IMG/VR virus record: IMGVR_UViG_2627854066_000005
Coordinates: 1-33,479 of that record
From: a virus
Taxonomy: Duplodnaviria > Heunggongvirae > Uroviricota > Caudoviricetes
Reading direction: 5' to 3' (one strand)
Length of the DNA: 33,479 nt
Below the pieces are notes generated by a model that ran no database searches, was not told the origin of the DNA, and worked only from the letters and a program-made list of their open reading frames with translations. This document shows, piece after piece, positions 1 through 9,061 of this stretch. The translations under genes and the position numbers were made by a program. The first letter of the stretch is position 1, and each line of letters opens with the position of its first letter.

Positions 1-318
1 ATGAAAAAGATAGCTGCTATATCATTAATTAGTATTTTTATTATGTCTGGTTGTGCTGTGCATAATGATGAGACAAGTATCGGTAAATTTGGTCTTGCAT
101 ATAAAAGTAATATTCAGCGTAAACTCGATAACCAATACTACACCGAAGCCGAAGCTTCTTTAGCCAGGGGTAGAATATCTGGTGCAGAAAATATAGTAAA
201 AAATGATGCAACTCATTTCTGTGTTACTCAGGGCAAAAAAATGCAAATAGTTGAGCTGAAGACAGAAGGTGTAGGATTACATGGTGTCGCTCGTCTGACA
301 TTCAAATGTGGAGAGTGA
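1..318 (+). CDS. Small putative lipoprotein, function unknown; lies outside the putative attL
   Basis: 105-aa ORF with N-terminal hydrophobic signal and lipobox-like IFIMSGC (Cys18). AT-rich. No family recognised. Confidence 0.45.
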   Translation: MKKIAAISLISIFIMSGCAVHNDETSIGKFGLAYKSNIQRKLDNQYYTEAEASLARGRISGAENIVKNDATHFCVTQGKKMQIVELKTEGVGLHGVARLTFKCGE

Positions 319-477
319 GAATATTTTTTGGTAAGCGTCAAATATGCGCGTTCTGGCTGTGCGTAGCCGGAACCTGTGGGAGCACGATGCCGATAAGTGA
401 AAGGCATCGTGCTATGAAGGAGGATTCTATCGATGTGGTCAATGGAAGACGGTTACCAGAGATAGGGCTTATGCATA

Positions 478-504
478 AAAAAATAAGCCCGTGTAAGGGC
501 GTTT
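478..504. other. Putative P2-type attachment core (attL) next to the 3' end of int
   Basis: aaaaaataagcccgtgtaagggcg resembles the phage P2 att core as I recall it; sits between the flanking ORF and the int stop. No second copy found in the window. Confidence 0.4.
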
Positions 505-583
505 ATATACCCTTACAACAGGGGCTTTCAGCGGTGCAATGCGGGTTTGCGCGGCACGCAAGACCACTGAAAGCCATAATAAA

Positions 584-1597
584 CTACCCTACTGTGGACA
601 CTGTGTGGACACTCTGAGAGCCAACACCACCACGTAGAGGATTAAGCGTTATCGCGTCCTGTAGGTACTCAGGGGCGAAGTGCGCATATGTCATTGTCTG
701 CTCAATTCTTGAATGCCCAAGTATTCTCTGAAGCGTGATAATGTTGCCTCCGTTTATCATAAAGTGCGTGGCGAAGCTGTGCCGCAATGCGTGCGTAGCC
801 TGACCCGGTGGTAGGTCGGGTTTCAGCTCCTTCATTAGCCGTCTGAACGCGGGATAGTTAGCATCAGTGAACAGATAGCCACGCTTACCCGTTGTGATCA
901 TTGTTGCCAGTTCCTCGGATATAGGAACGGTTCGCGGCTTGTTGGTTTTTGTCTTAACGAAAGTGACGCGATTTTGAATGATATTTTCCGCTTTCAGTTT
1001 TGCTGCCTCACTCCATCTCGCGCCGGTGCTAAGGCAAAGAATCGCAATTTTTTTATTATCACCGTCCACTTTTGACAGCAGAAGCGCGATCTCCTCTTGC
1101 GTCAGGTAGCCGGTTTCTGGCTTATCCTCTTTGAGTCTTTTAAGACCTCGGAAAGGATGCTCCCCGAAAAATAGCTCCGCATCTATCAACGCGGTAAACA
1201 TCCCGCTAAGACACGTTAAATCACGATTTATACTCGATGGCTTGATGCCTTGAGAACGCCGCACAGTGCTGTATTGGCTTATCAATGACTTAGCAATCTG
1301 AAAGGCACAAGGGTCACTGGTTATCTTTGTGAACAACTCTATCTTGCCCAGGTAATCTCGGCCGTGAGTTTCATGCTTGCCTTTCAGCTCCCACCAGATT
1401 TTTGTTAGCTCTGACAGATGCCGCTTATCTGTCGGTTTCGCCAACCATTCTTTGTTGTGATGGTTGTACTGGGTATGCTTCTCGAAAGCGATAGCTTCGC
1501 TTTTCTTGTCAAATTTCCTGCGGATGCGCTTTCCGTTGCGCCCTGCAGGTCTAATGTCCACTTCATAACGACCATCATCGAGCTTTTTAACAGACAT
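584..1597 (-). CDS. int: Tyrosine recombinase, P2-type integrase
   Basis: 337 aa from the internal Met (MSVKKLDDGRYEVDIRPAG...), same length as P2 Int. C-terminal HxxR...Y catalytic region (ALRHSFATHF...TMTYAHF). Position at prophage end next to C. Confidence 0.9.
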   Translation of the reverse strand: MSVKKLDDGRYEVDIRPAGRNGKRIRRKFDKKSEAIAFEKHTQYNHHNKEWLAKPTDKRHLSELTKIWWELKGKHETHGRDYLGKIELFTKITSDPCAFQIAKSLISQYSTVRRSQGIKPSSINRDLTCLSGMFTALIDAELFFGEHPFRGLKRLKEDKPETGYLTQEEIALLLSKVDGDNKKIAILCLSTGARWSEAAKLKAENIIQNRVTFVKTKTNKPRTVPISEELATMITTGKRGYLFTDANYPAFRRLMKELKPDLPPGQATHALRHSFATHFMINGGNIITLQRILGHSRIEQTMTYAHFAPEYLQDAITLNPLRGGVGSQSVHTVSTVG

Positions 1598-1693
1598 AAA
1601 GCCTCCCGATGATGTTACTGCGTACTTCAATTTCCTGATTTAAATAACAAAAACTCACCGTGCATTTACTGCACAGATAAGCACCGTAAATGG

Positions 1694-1990
1694 TTAGCCA
1701 GTTTTCTGGTCTGAGTGGGGTGACGTTGTTGTCTGCTGCCCAAAGTGCGCGAGAGCCGGTGCAATCTGCCCAGCTTCTGGTGATATCGTCTCAGTCATGA
1801 ACCACATGGTATATTTTTTGAACTGTGGATGATTCAAAATCTTCATCACTGCTTGTATGCCCATATCTTTTACTCCCTTCTCATAACTAGAAAGAGAGCT
1901 ATACGGAACTCCAGTTAAGTCACTGAATTCTTTTCTATTCATACGTTCCGACTCACGCATGATGGCCAGCTTCTCGTTGACGGGTATCAT
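1694..1990 (-). CDS. C: Immunity repressor C (P2 C-like)
   Basis: 98 aa from internal Met MIPVNEK...; C-terminal ...QIAPALAHFGQQTTTSPHSDQKTG closely resembles P2 C. GTGGAG RBS upstream of that Met. Divergent to cox. Confidence 0.8.
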   Translation of the reverse strand: MIPVNEKLAIMRESERMNRKEFSDLTGVPYSSLSSYEKGVKDMGIQAVMKILNHPQFKKYTMWFMTETISPEAGQIAPALAHFGQQTTTSPHSDQKTG

Positions 1991-2073
1991 CGTAATTAAC
2001 ACTCCACTATTGATAGAAAAATGATAACGGAGTAATCTTTGCTTCGTTACCGCAGATTTATGGCTCCAATATG

Positions 2074-2103
2074 GCAATTAAAAGCCATTAGGAGCAATTA
2101 AAA
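2074..2103. promoter_or_regulatory. Candidate operator: direct repeat GCAATTAAAA x2 (20-bp spacing) in the C/cox divergent promoter region
   Basis: Two identical 10-mers at 2074-2083 and 2094-2103 just upstream of cox. P2-type C repressors bind direct repeats overlapping the early promoter. Confidence 0.3.
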
Positions 2104-2125
2104 CACTAACGAGGAATAGTCACAA

Positions 2126-2401
2126 ATGAATAGGGTCATTGAGAGCGCGAGCGACGCGGTTCCGTATCAGGAGTTTGCGCGTCTTATTGGTAAAACCCCT
2201 GCTGCTGTCAAAGGGATGATTGAGAAAGGCAAACTACCGATAGTTGAGATGACTGATCCGCAGTCTACAAGTGGGAGAGCAGGGGAATACTGGGTATATC
2301 TGCCAGCATGGAACAAAGGCATGAAGATGGCCTATGACAGTCGCCCTAAAGAAATTCGTGATGGTTGGTTGATGTGGTTGGGATTAGGTGAACCAGCATA
2401 A
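2126..2401 (+). CDS. cox: Cox (excisionase / early-promoter repressor)
   Basis: 91 aa, same length as P2 Cox; ...PYQEFARLIGK...GKLP...MTDPQS.SGRAGEYWVYLPAWN...RPKEIRDGWLMWLGLGEP matches P2 Cox nearly residue for residue. Confidence 0.85.
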   Translation: MNRVIESASDAVPYQEFARLIGKTPAAVKGMIEKGKLPIVEMTDPQSTSGRAGEYWVYLPAWNKGMKMAYDSRPKEIRDGWLMWLGLGEPA

Positions 2402-2411
2402 GGAGCCAGAA

Positions 2412-2582
2412 ATGAAAGAGCCACGTTGTATAGCTCAGTTACTGCGTAACGAAAGTCCACGCCCGATGAAGTTCAACATCACTCATGGTAAAGGGCGTAA
2501 AGGCATCATCATCCGCACTCGCAAGCCTGGATTTATTGCTATGGCTAAACGCTTTATGAAATCCCGAGGGATATCGTTATGA
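2412..2582 (+). CDS. Small hypothetical protein in the P2 orf78 position
   Basis: Internal ATG at 2412 preceded by strong RBS aaggag (2399-2404). Basic small protein between cox and B. Confidence 0.4.
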   Translation: MKEPRCIAQLLRNESPRPMKFNITHGKGRKGIIIRTRKPGFIAMAKRFMKSRGISL

Positions 2583-3079
2583 CGGTTATGACTCTTGCAT
2601 TAGTTCAAAAACAACCTGCAGCTCTACGCGTCGTTATAGGAAAGCATCTTGCGGAACCTCGCTGGCACGATACCTGTGATTTTTATAATCAGATGATGGA
2701 GCGTGACCGCTTGACTGTCTGTTTTCATGCTCGGTTAAAACAGCGTCACGCAGTAATGCGCTTTGAAGAAATGAATGATGTCGACCGCGAACGTCTGGCT
2801 TGTGCTATCGATGAGCTGCGCGCTGCTTTTTCAAAACGTCGTCAGGTTGGCGCAAGTGAATCTGCATATATTAGTTTTCTAACTGTGGGTCAGCGCCGCT
2901 CTTTATTTCTACACGCGGGATTGAGTGAGGTCGAGTTCAATCAGCCTTACTGGCGCATTGACGAAGATGCTTGTTATTGGCGAGAGAAACTATTCCGCGC
3001 TTTGCGTGAGCTTTTTGGGTTATTTGAACACGCGCCAACGATATTAACCTCGGTAAAGCCTGAGCAGTATTTACATTAA
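2579..3079 (+). CDS. B: Replication protein B (helicase-loader-like)
   Basis: 166 aa, same length as P2 B; start overlaps the upstream stop (ATGA). Position between cox and A. Confidence 0.75.
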   Translation: MTVMTLALVQKQPAALRVVIGKHLAEPRWHDTCDFYNQMMERDRLTVCFHARLKQRHAVMRFEEMNDVDRERLACAIDELRAAFSKRRQVGASESAYISFLTVGQRRSLFLHAGLSEVEFNQPYWRIDEDACYWREKLFRALRELFGLFEHAPTILTSVKPEQYLH

Positions 3080-3145
3080 TTAATCTGGATTCGTTCTATT
3101 ACACGCCTTACTGCGTGGGGATTCCTTTTGTCTGGAGATAGGCAA

Positions 3146-3364
3146 ATGCATAAACAAAATAAAGTGCCGACGTGTGTGCTCTCGGTACATCTGGCGCAAG
3201 CGTTGCGCGATGCGCAGCTCGATACCGCGACCCGTTTATCCTCTCATTTTGATCGCCTAATTGCGCACATCAGTAAGTCAGAACTCAACCGCACCGAGAT
3301 CATCGAGCTATTGGGGCAAGAGTCCGAAAAATTGCACAACTCAATTTTTCATTGTGCTTGCTAA
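3146..3364 (+). CDS. Small hypothetical phage protein (P2 orf80-83 region)
   Basis: ATG at 3146 preceded by ggaga RBS; conserved position between B and A. Confidence 0.4.
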   Translation: MHKQNKVPTCVLSVHLAQALRDAQLDTATRLSSHFDRLIAHISKSELNRTEIIELLGQESEKLHNSIFHCAC

Positions 3365-3386
3365 TCAATTTTAGAAGGAGACAAAA

Positions 3387-3662
3387 ATGAGTATCCGTAT
3401 CGAGATAAATCATCAGTATGTAGTTACAAGCGATCGCTACCAGTTCATTTTGCAGGAAAAGAAAGTGGCGACTGCTGGAAAAAATGAAGGTAGCGAATGG
3501 CTTGATACTGTCGGGTATTACCCGACGATTCAAAAACTGATTTCTGGTCTGGTGCTACATGACCTTTTAAATGGCGGTGCTGATAGTTTTGCGGCGTTGG
3601 GTGAGCAGGTCGAGCAGTTGGGACTGCAATGTCAGACCGCGTTTTGTGCTGATGGCCGTTGA
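3387..3662 (+). CDS. Small hypothetical phage protein (P2 orf80-83 region)
   Basis: 91-aa ORF with strong RBS (agaaggag) 8 nt upstream of the ATG. Confidence 0.45.
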   Translation: MSIRIEINHQYVVTSDRYQFILQEKKVATAGKNEGSEWLDTVGYYPTIQKLISGLVLHDLLNGGADSFAALGEQVEQLGLQCQTAFCADGR

Positions 3663-5865
3663 GACTCGGGGGCGTATTGCCCCCTCGCTAGCCCTGCCAA
3701 TATCTAAGCGCACCGGCGATACTTTCGTTGGTGCTTATCCCTGGAATGCTCCCCGCGCTGCCATTGGCCGTGACAGACCCCTTACACGTGCCGAATTCCG
3801 TCAGGTGCAAGGTGTTTTATACCGGATTGACCGCCTGCCTTTCTTTCTTAAGACGTTGTTTACTTCCCGTTATAACTTCATTCGCCGCACAAAGAGCCCG
3901 CTCGGGGCGCTCTATTTCCTGAAAAACACCTTTGAGCGGAAGCTGTTGCCGCGTCTTGAGCGCGTTAACGAGCTGTGCGGGATGAATGAATCTGCGTCGA
4001 TTGGTTTCTTGTCTGAGCATGACGAATATGCGCGCTTGCCTGATATGAATGACAAAGAGCTGAAAAAATTTGCGGCCATAATTGCCGCGCAGCTCTGGCG
4101 TAAATACGAGGAACTCAGCGACGAATGGGCTGAGGCATTCGGCGGTAAAGAGACCCTTTTCACCGATGAGGCGCAGGTGCACATATATGGTCAGGTGGCT
4201 GGTGTTGCACGCGCGTTCAACTTAACCCCGCTCTACTGGAAAAAATACCGTAAGGGTCAGATGACGATCCGCATGGCGTTTTCCGCTATTTCCCGTCTGA
4301 TAAAAGATGATTGGTGGGTTAACCAGCTCAAGGCGCAGCGTATGCGCTGGCGTGAGGCGCTGCTTATCGCTGCCGGTGAAGTCAACAAAGACCGTTCACC
4401 TTACGCCAGCAAAATGGCGATCCGCGAGGTTCACTCGCGCCGGCTGGCTAATCTCGAATACCTGAAATCCTGTGAGCTGGAAAACAAAGTTACCGGCGAA
4501 CGTATCGACCTCATCAGTAAAGTCATGGGGAGTATTTCAAACCCTGAAATACGCCGTATGGAGCTGATGAATACCATTGCCGGAATTGAACGCTATGCGG
4601 CCAGCGTTGGTGATGTGGGAATGTTTATCACGCTGACCACGCCGTCGAAGTATCACCCGACCCGACAGGTCGGCAAAGGTGACAGCAAAACGGTGCAGCT
4701 CAATCACGGCTGGAACGAAACCGCATTCACCCCTAAAAACGGCCAGCGCTATCTGTGCCGAATCTGGAGCCTGATGCGTACCGCTTTCAAAGATAACGAT
4801 TTGGAAGTGTATGGGATGCGCGTTGTCGAGCCGCACCACGACGGCACGCCACACTGGCATATGATGCTTTTTTGCAAACTCGGTCAGCGTAAAGCTATCA
4901 ACGAAATTATGCGTCGTTATGCCCTCAAAGAGGACGGACACGAAAAGGGCGCGGCAAAACAGCGCTTTGAGTCGCGTCACCTTAATCAGGGGGGCGCGGC
5001 GGGTTATATCGCCAAATACATTGCCAAAAATATCGACGGCTACGCGCTTGACGGTCAGCTCGATCACGATACCGGCAAACCTCTGAAAGATACGGCCGCA
5101 GCCGTAACCGCATGGGCGTCTACATGGCGTATCCCTCAGTTTAAACCGATTGGCCTCCCGACAATGGGCGCTTACCGCGAACTGCGTAAGCTGCCGCGCG
5201 GGGTGAGTATCGCCAGCGAGTTTGACGACCGTGTCGAGGCCGTCCGGGCTGCTGCAGATGAGGGGGAATTTGACCTGTACATCAGCGCGCAGGGTGGGGC
5301 AAACATGCCGCGTGATGCTCAGGTGGTCAGGGTCGCCCGTAAGGTGACGGATGAGGTAAACGAATACGAGGAGGATATCGAGAAAGTGGTCGGTATTTAT
5401 GCCCCTCATCTTGGGGCGAGCCGCGTACATGTAACCCGTACAGCGGAATGGCGCATAGTTCCAAAGGTTTTGGCCGTTGAGCCTTTGACCTTAAAAAGCG
5501 GCGCTGCCGCGCCTCGGAGTCCTGTCAATAACTGTGGAAAGCTCACCGACGGTGATACTCCAGTTATGACACCCACACCGTCTGAGCAAGCCGCAGCGGT
5601 GTTAAATCTGATTGAGCGCGGAGTTATCGGATGGAATGAGCCAGACGTCATGAAGGCGCTTAACGGTGCGTTAAGAGCTGGCATCCCTCGCAAAAATCGC
5701 CAGCAAAGAAGCAATGCGCTACTCAAAACGAGTGAGCAAGCTCCATCAGCCAGGATGACAAAACCAGAAAGGGATCGCGTGGCGAAAATTCGTTTCGATT
5801 TGGCTCAGGAGGGCATTACCCCGGAACGGTGGGAGCTCGAAGCGCTGGTGCGTGGGCAACGGTGA
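3652..5865 (+). CDS. A: Rolling-circle replication initiator A (HUH-type endonuclease)
   Basis: About 737-764 aa. Contains HUH-type motif VEPHHDGTPHWHMMLF and paired active-site Tyr motif GYIAKYIAK. Start uncertain: 3652 (MAVETRG) or 3571, the latter giving 764 aa versus 761 for P2 A. Confidence 0.85.
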   Translation: MAVETRGRIAPSLALPISKRTGDTFVGAYPWNAPRAAIGRDRPLTRAEFRQVQGVLYRIDRLPFFLKTLFTSRYNFIRRTKSPLGALYFLKNTFERKLLPRLERVNELCGMNESASIGFLSEHDEYARLPDMNDKELKKFAAIIAAQLWRKYEELSDEWAEAFGGKETLFTDEAQVHIYGQVAGVARAFNLTPLYWKKYRKGQMTIRMAFSAISRLIKDDWWVNQLKAQRMRWREALLIAAGEVNKDRSPYASKMAIREVHSRRLANLEYLKSCELENKVTGERIDLISKVMGSISNPEIRRMELMNTIAGIERYAASVGDVGMFITLTTPSKYHPTRQVGKGDSKTVQLNHGWNETAFTPKNGQRYLCRIWSLMRTAFKDNDLEVYGMRVVEPHHDGTPHWHMMLFCKLGQRKAINEIMRRYALKEDGHEKGAAKQRFESRHLNQGGAAGYIAKYIAKNIDGYALDGQLDHDTGKPLKDTAAAVTAWASTWRIPQFKPIGLPTMGAYRELRKLPRGVSIASEFDDRVEAVRAAADEGEFDLYISAQGGANMPRDAQVVRVARKVTDEVNEYEEDIEKVVGIYAPHLGASRVHVTRTAEWRIVPKVLAVEPLTLKSGAAAPRSPVNNCGKLTDGDTPVMTPTPSEQAAAVLNLIERGVIGWNEPDVMKALNGALRAGIPRKNRQQRSNALLKTSEQAPSARMTKPERDRVAKIRFDLAQEGITPERWELEALVRGQR

Positions 5866-5941
5866 TTTATGGCGATAAAAAATTCAAATACGCGGCTGCT
5901 GATGAGTGGCCGGGATTCTCAATTCAAGAGGAGTGGAAATA

Positions 5942-6406
5942 ATGAGCAAAATCCATGAGTTAAAAATTGCACCTGAGCATTTTAACGCTGTGATATCTCA
6001 GGAAAAACGTGCTGAATTTCGTCTCAATAACCGCGATTATTCTAGCGGTGATATTCTCGGGTTGCATGAATGGGAACCGGTAAACGGATATACCGGGAAA
6101 CGTGTATCAGTGAGGGTGACATACGTTACTGATTTATCTGAATGGGCGGAAAATTATGTGATGCTGAGTTTTCAGTTAATGATGCCAGATGTCAAGTGCG
6201 GTATGTCCCTAATGAACTGGAAAGAGTTAAGCGAGAAGGGGCTTGTTTTCAGAATTAATCACGAAATTCTACACCCGTTAGGGCTGGCTATTGGATTTGA
6301 AACACTTAACGGCGTTTCGGGTGGGGCTTATGTCGCTTGTGATGGTGTCTGGCAATATTCCGACAAGCTGGTCGCAGATGCTAAAAAAAATGGGTGGTTA
6401 AAATGA
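5942..6406 (+). CDS. Hypothetical protein with ASCH/DUF3850-like N-terminal region (cargo, tin/old position)
   Basis: ATG 5942 with RBS aagaggag. N-terminus ELKIAPEHFNAVISQEKRAEFRLNNRDYSSGDILGLHEWEP resembles DUF3850/ASCH (PUA-like) proteins, from memory only. About 42% GC versus about 55% backbone. Confidence 0.4.
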   Translation: MSKIHELKIAPEHFNAVISQEKRAEFRLNNRDYSSGDILGLHEWEPVNGYTGKRVSVRVTYVTDLSEWAENYVMLSFQLMMPDVKCGMSLMNWKELSEKGLVFRINHEILHPLGLAIGFETLNGVSGGAYVACDGVWQYSDKLVADAKKNGWLK

Positions 6407-6627
6407 GTCATATGCGAATGATGCCAGTGCCGCCCGTACATTCAACGCAAAACATTAAGCTGATGGCCGTCGTGCATCGCCTGCAACAAATTATGATTAA
6501 CGAGAATCTGACCCCTGACGAACTGGTCGGGTGTGCCGGTGTCGTCCGGGATAATCACCGCAAATACAGCGATATCAGCAATCCGAAAATTGAGGCGTTT
6601 CGGCCATCAAATATGGCGAAGCCATAG
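6394..6627 (+). CDS. Small hypothetical protein
   Basis: 77-aa ORF overlapping the upstream stop; weak RBS, no motif recognised. Confidence 0.25.
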   Translation: MVKMSHMRMMPVPPVHSTQNIKLMAVVHRLQQIMINENLTPDELVGCAGVVRDNHRKYSDISNPKIEAFRPSNMAKP

Positions 6628-6909
6628 CAAACGCCGCCGGTGCTGAAACTTGTTTTCAGTGCCAGCGGGGTTGACCAACGAGCCCCGCGAGGCGTTAGCC
6701 TGTCCCGTAGAGATCACCCCCAACCGGAACGATTAAAGCAGGTTTTATTATGCCATTTTCCCACAATTTCCCGGTTTTTTAGCCGTGCATGCAACAGGTG
6801 CATTGTTTTGCATGCGTTGGGGATGCCCGTTCTGGCCGTGCGCCGCCAGAGCTAGCGCGGATCCAGAGTGGTCATGCAACTGCATTAAAACCGACCCATA
6901 AAGCGGGCA

Positions 6910-6928
6910 GGCGAGGCGGGGATAGCAT
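6910..6928. other. Putative cos site (19-nt cohesive end region)
   Basis: GGCGAGGCGGGGATAGCAT differs at 2 positions from the P2 cohesive end GGCGAGGCGGGGAAAGCAC as I recall it. Lies in a GC-rich noncoding stretch between the A side and the Q/P packaging genes, as in P2. Confidence 0.5.
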
Positions 6929-7017
6929 TGCGCGCTGAGGGGTTTTAAATTTCATTTTTTTTAGTATTATCAAAAAGAATAATTCAGAATTATCTCAAAA
7001 AAGGCAAGGGGCACAAT

Positions 7018-8349
7018 ATGGTGATTAATGAAGTTAGACGGATAGGTAGTGGCGGTTTTGGTAATGTTGATTTAGTGCAAGATGTCCTTAGCGGAAAGCA
7101 ATTCGCTAGGAAAACATTTTCTATAAATCAAGCTCAACCGCTGCCTCCTGATTTGGCAGAGAATGTAAAAAAAAGATTTATAAGAGAGGCAAACGTACAG
7201 TATAGACTTACGCATAAAAATATTGTACCTGTCCTTTTTAAAGATCTAAATAGTAACCCTCCATCTTTCCTTATGCCAGTAGCAGCATCTAGCCTTGATA
7301 AAGATATTGCGCAAAGTAGAAACTTGAATGGATTATTTTTAAGAGCAATAATGGATATTTTGTCTGGACTCGAAGAATTGCACACGTTGCAAATTTATCA
7401 TCGTGATCTCAAACCACAAAATGTGCTTAGATTTGATTCAAGTGAAGGTCCATATTACGCTATTAGCGACTTTGGCTTGATGTCAGTAAAAGATACTCAA
7501 ATTTCAGCACTAACCCATACAGGTATGAAAATGGGTTCTGATTACTACACCGCACCTGAAATTGTTTCAGATCTTAGAAAAGCTAGTATTGCTTCAGATA
7601 TTTATTCTTTGGGGTGTATACTGCATGACTTTGTAGGCACGGATGAAAGAATTCCTTGTGGTGAAATTAATAATGATTCGAGCGCATATGCGCATATTTT
7701 ACGGGTTTGTACTCGTAGAGATCCTTCAAGAAGATTTCCAAGTGTTGCAGCATTAAGGGATGCAATTCTTAGTATTGATCCTTCTACAGTAATACATCTC
7801 TCTGCTGAGGTTGGAACATATACTACAGCATTAGATAGTGACGCCGGAATTAATGTTGAAACATGGAGGGAAATAATCAATTTCGTAGAGGATAATATTG
7901 GACAAGAAAACTCCAAGGTGATATTTCAGCGTCTAACTTTAAACAGGATTAATGAGATAATCGCTCATGATACCACGCTAGCTTGTCGTCTTGGTGAAGC
8001 ATATGGTCGTTGGGTTGCGGATGGAGTATTTTCATTCGAACAGTGTGATGGGATTTGCACTCGTCTCGAACAATTTTTACAACTTCACGATTTGAACTGT
8101 AAAGCCGAAATTATTATAGCTATGCTTCTTATGGGAACGTCGCATAATCGTTGGTATGTCGAGAGACGCTTCATGAGCGTGGCAGGGCACGACATGACTC
8201 CAGAACTGGCTAAAAGGCTTGCTTTGGAAATGAGCATACTTGAGGGTAGAATGTGTGCAGCGGTGAGTCATCTCCAAAGATCAATTGGTGCCACACCTGA
8301 TATGCTTCATCCTGAACTTTTCGCAATGATACAAAGAGTATGCCATTGA
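7018..8349 (+). CDS. Hanks-type (eukaryotic-like) Ser/Thr protein kinase with about 170-aa C-terminal domain of unknown function
   Basis: Gly-rich loop IGSGGFGNV (7042-7068); Lys in FARKTF; catalytic loop HRDLKPQN (HRD at 7399-7407); DFG (7468-7476); YTAPE. RBS aaggcaagggg upstream; AT-rich promoter-like region 6950-7017. About 35-38% GC. Confidence 0.8.
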   Translation: MVINEVRRIGSGGFGNVDLVQDVLSGKQFARKTFSINQAQPLPPDLAENVKKRFIREANVQYRLTHKNIVPVLFKDLNSNPPSFLMPVAASSLDKDIAQSRNLNGLFLRAIMDILSGLEELHTLQIYHRDLKPQNVLRFDSSEGPYYAISDFGLMSVKDTQISALTHTGMKMGSDYYTAPEIVSDLRKASIASDIYSLGCILHDFVGTDERIPCGEINNDSSAYAHILRVCTRRDPSRRFPSVAALRDAILSIDPSTVIHLSAEVGTYTTALDSDAGINVETWREIINFVEDNIGQENSKVIFQRLTLNRINEIIAHDTTLACRLGEAYGRWVADGVFSFEQCDGICTRLEQFLQLHDLNCKAEIIIAMLLMGTSHNRWYVERRFMSVAGHDMTPELAKRLALEMSILEGRMCAAVSHLQRSIGATPDMLHPELFAMIQRVCH

Positions 8350-9050
8350 TTAATAAATTTGCTTACACATCTCCGGGACCTAGAAGCCACAACCAAGACT
8401 CTATCTTGGTTGAGATTTTACCCAGCGCTGATTTGTTATGTGGCGTTGCGGATGGTGTCGGCGGGAATTTGGGGGGAGAAACAGCCTCTCAATTAGCACT
8501 GGACATTATTGCTGCGGCCATGCGTTCGGATAGTAGCATCTCTCTTCTCGAAGCCATAACCCGAGCTGATGAAGCGATCAAAGATGCTGCTCAGAAAGAT
8601 GGAAAATTGGCTGGAATGGCAAGTACTGTGACTGTAACAAAGCTTATCGGGAATAAATTGATAGGAGCCAATTGTGGAGATTCTCGGACTTATCTATTAA
8701 GAGGAAGTGGCGTCAAACAACTTTCCTATGATCACAGTGAAGTAGCTCGTCTACTACGTGAAGGTAAGCTGACGAAAGAGACTGCAGTTGATTACCCTCG
8801 TAAGAACATTCTTGATAGTGCCCTTGGTGCACACAAGCCTCTACAAGTCCATGAATTTGAATGTAATTTACAGATAGGTGATAGAATAGCTTTGCTATCT
8901 GACGGGGTTTCGTCAGTTGTGAGCAAAAAAGATTTCCGAGATCTTTCAGTGAAATATAATTCGTTAAATGAGTATGGTGCTAGTGTAATAGAGCTTGTTG
9001 AGAGTAGAGAGACTAGGGATAATTATTCATTGATTATTTTTGAAATTTAG
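8340..9050 (+). CDS. PP2C-family Ser/Thr protein phosphatase
   Basis: PP2C motifs GVADGVGG (8451-8465), CGDSRTYLL (GDSR at 8676-8687), LLSDGVS. ATG overlaps the kinase 3' end by 10 nt, suggesting translational coupling. Confidence 0.75.
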   Translation: MPLINKFAYTSPGPRSHNQDSILVEILPSADLLCGVADGVGGNLGGETASQLALDIIAAAMRSDSSISLLEAITRADEAIKDAAQKDGKLAGMASTVTVTKLIGNKLIGANCGDSRTYLLRGSGVKQLSYDHSEVARLLREGKLTKETAVDYPRKNILDSALGAHKPLQVHEFECNLQIGDRIALLSDGVSSVVSKKDFRDLSVKYNSLNEYGASVIELVESRETRDNYSLIIFEI

Positions 9051-9061
9051 TTTTGTAATAT

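Noticed and set aside
306-583. tRNA gene as integration target next to int
   Set aside because: No cloverleaf-compatible sequence with a conserved T-loop (GTTCRA) was found between the flanking ORF and int.
306-617. 103-aa ORF spanning the attL region
   Set aside because: It overlaps the putative att core and the int 3' end, has no RBS, and translates to low-complexity sequence.
4537-5430. Long antisense ORFs inside conserved phage genes (e.g. 4537-5430 in A, 11939-12838 in O, 14868-15608 in L/X, 20825-21520 in J, 28320-28847 in T)
   Set aside because: They lie opposite well-supported genes in GC-rich DNA, where stop-free antisense frames arise by chance. They show no RBS or motif and contain low-complexity Arg/Pro/Ala-rich translations.
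6640-6855. 71-aa ORF in the GC-rich stretch before cos
   Set aside because: No RBS and an implausible Arg/Pro-rich translation; the region is better explained as the noncoding cos/packaging region.
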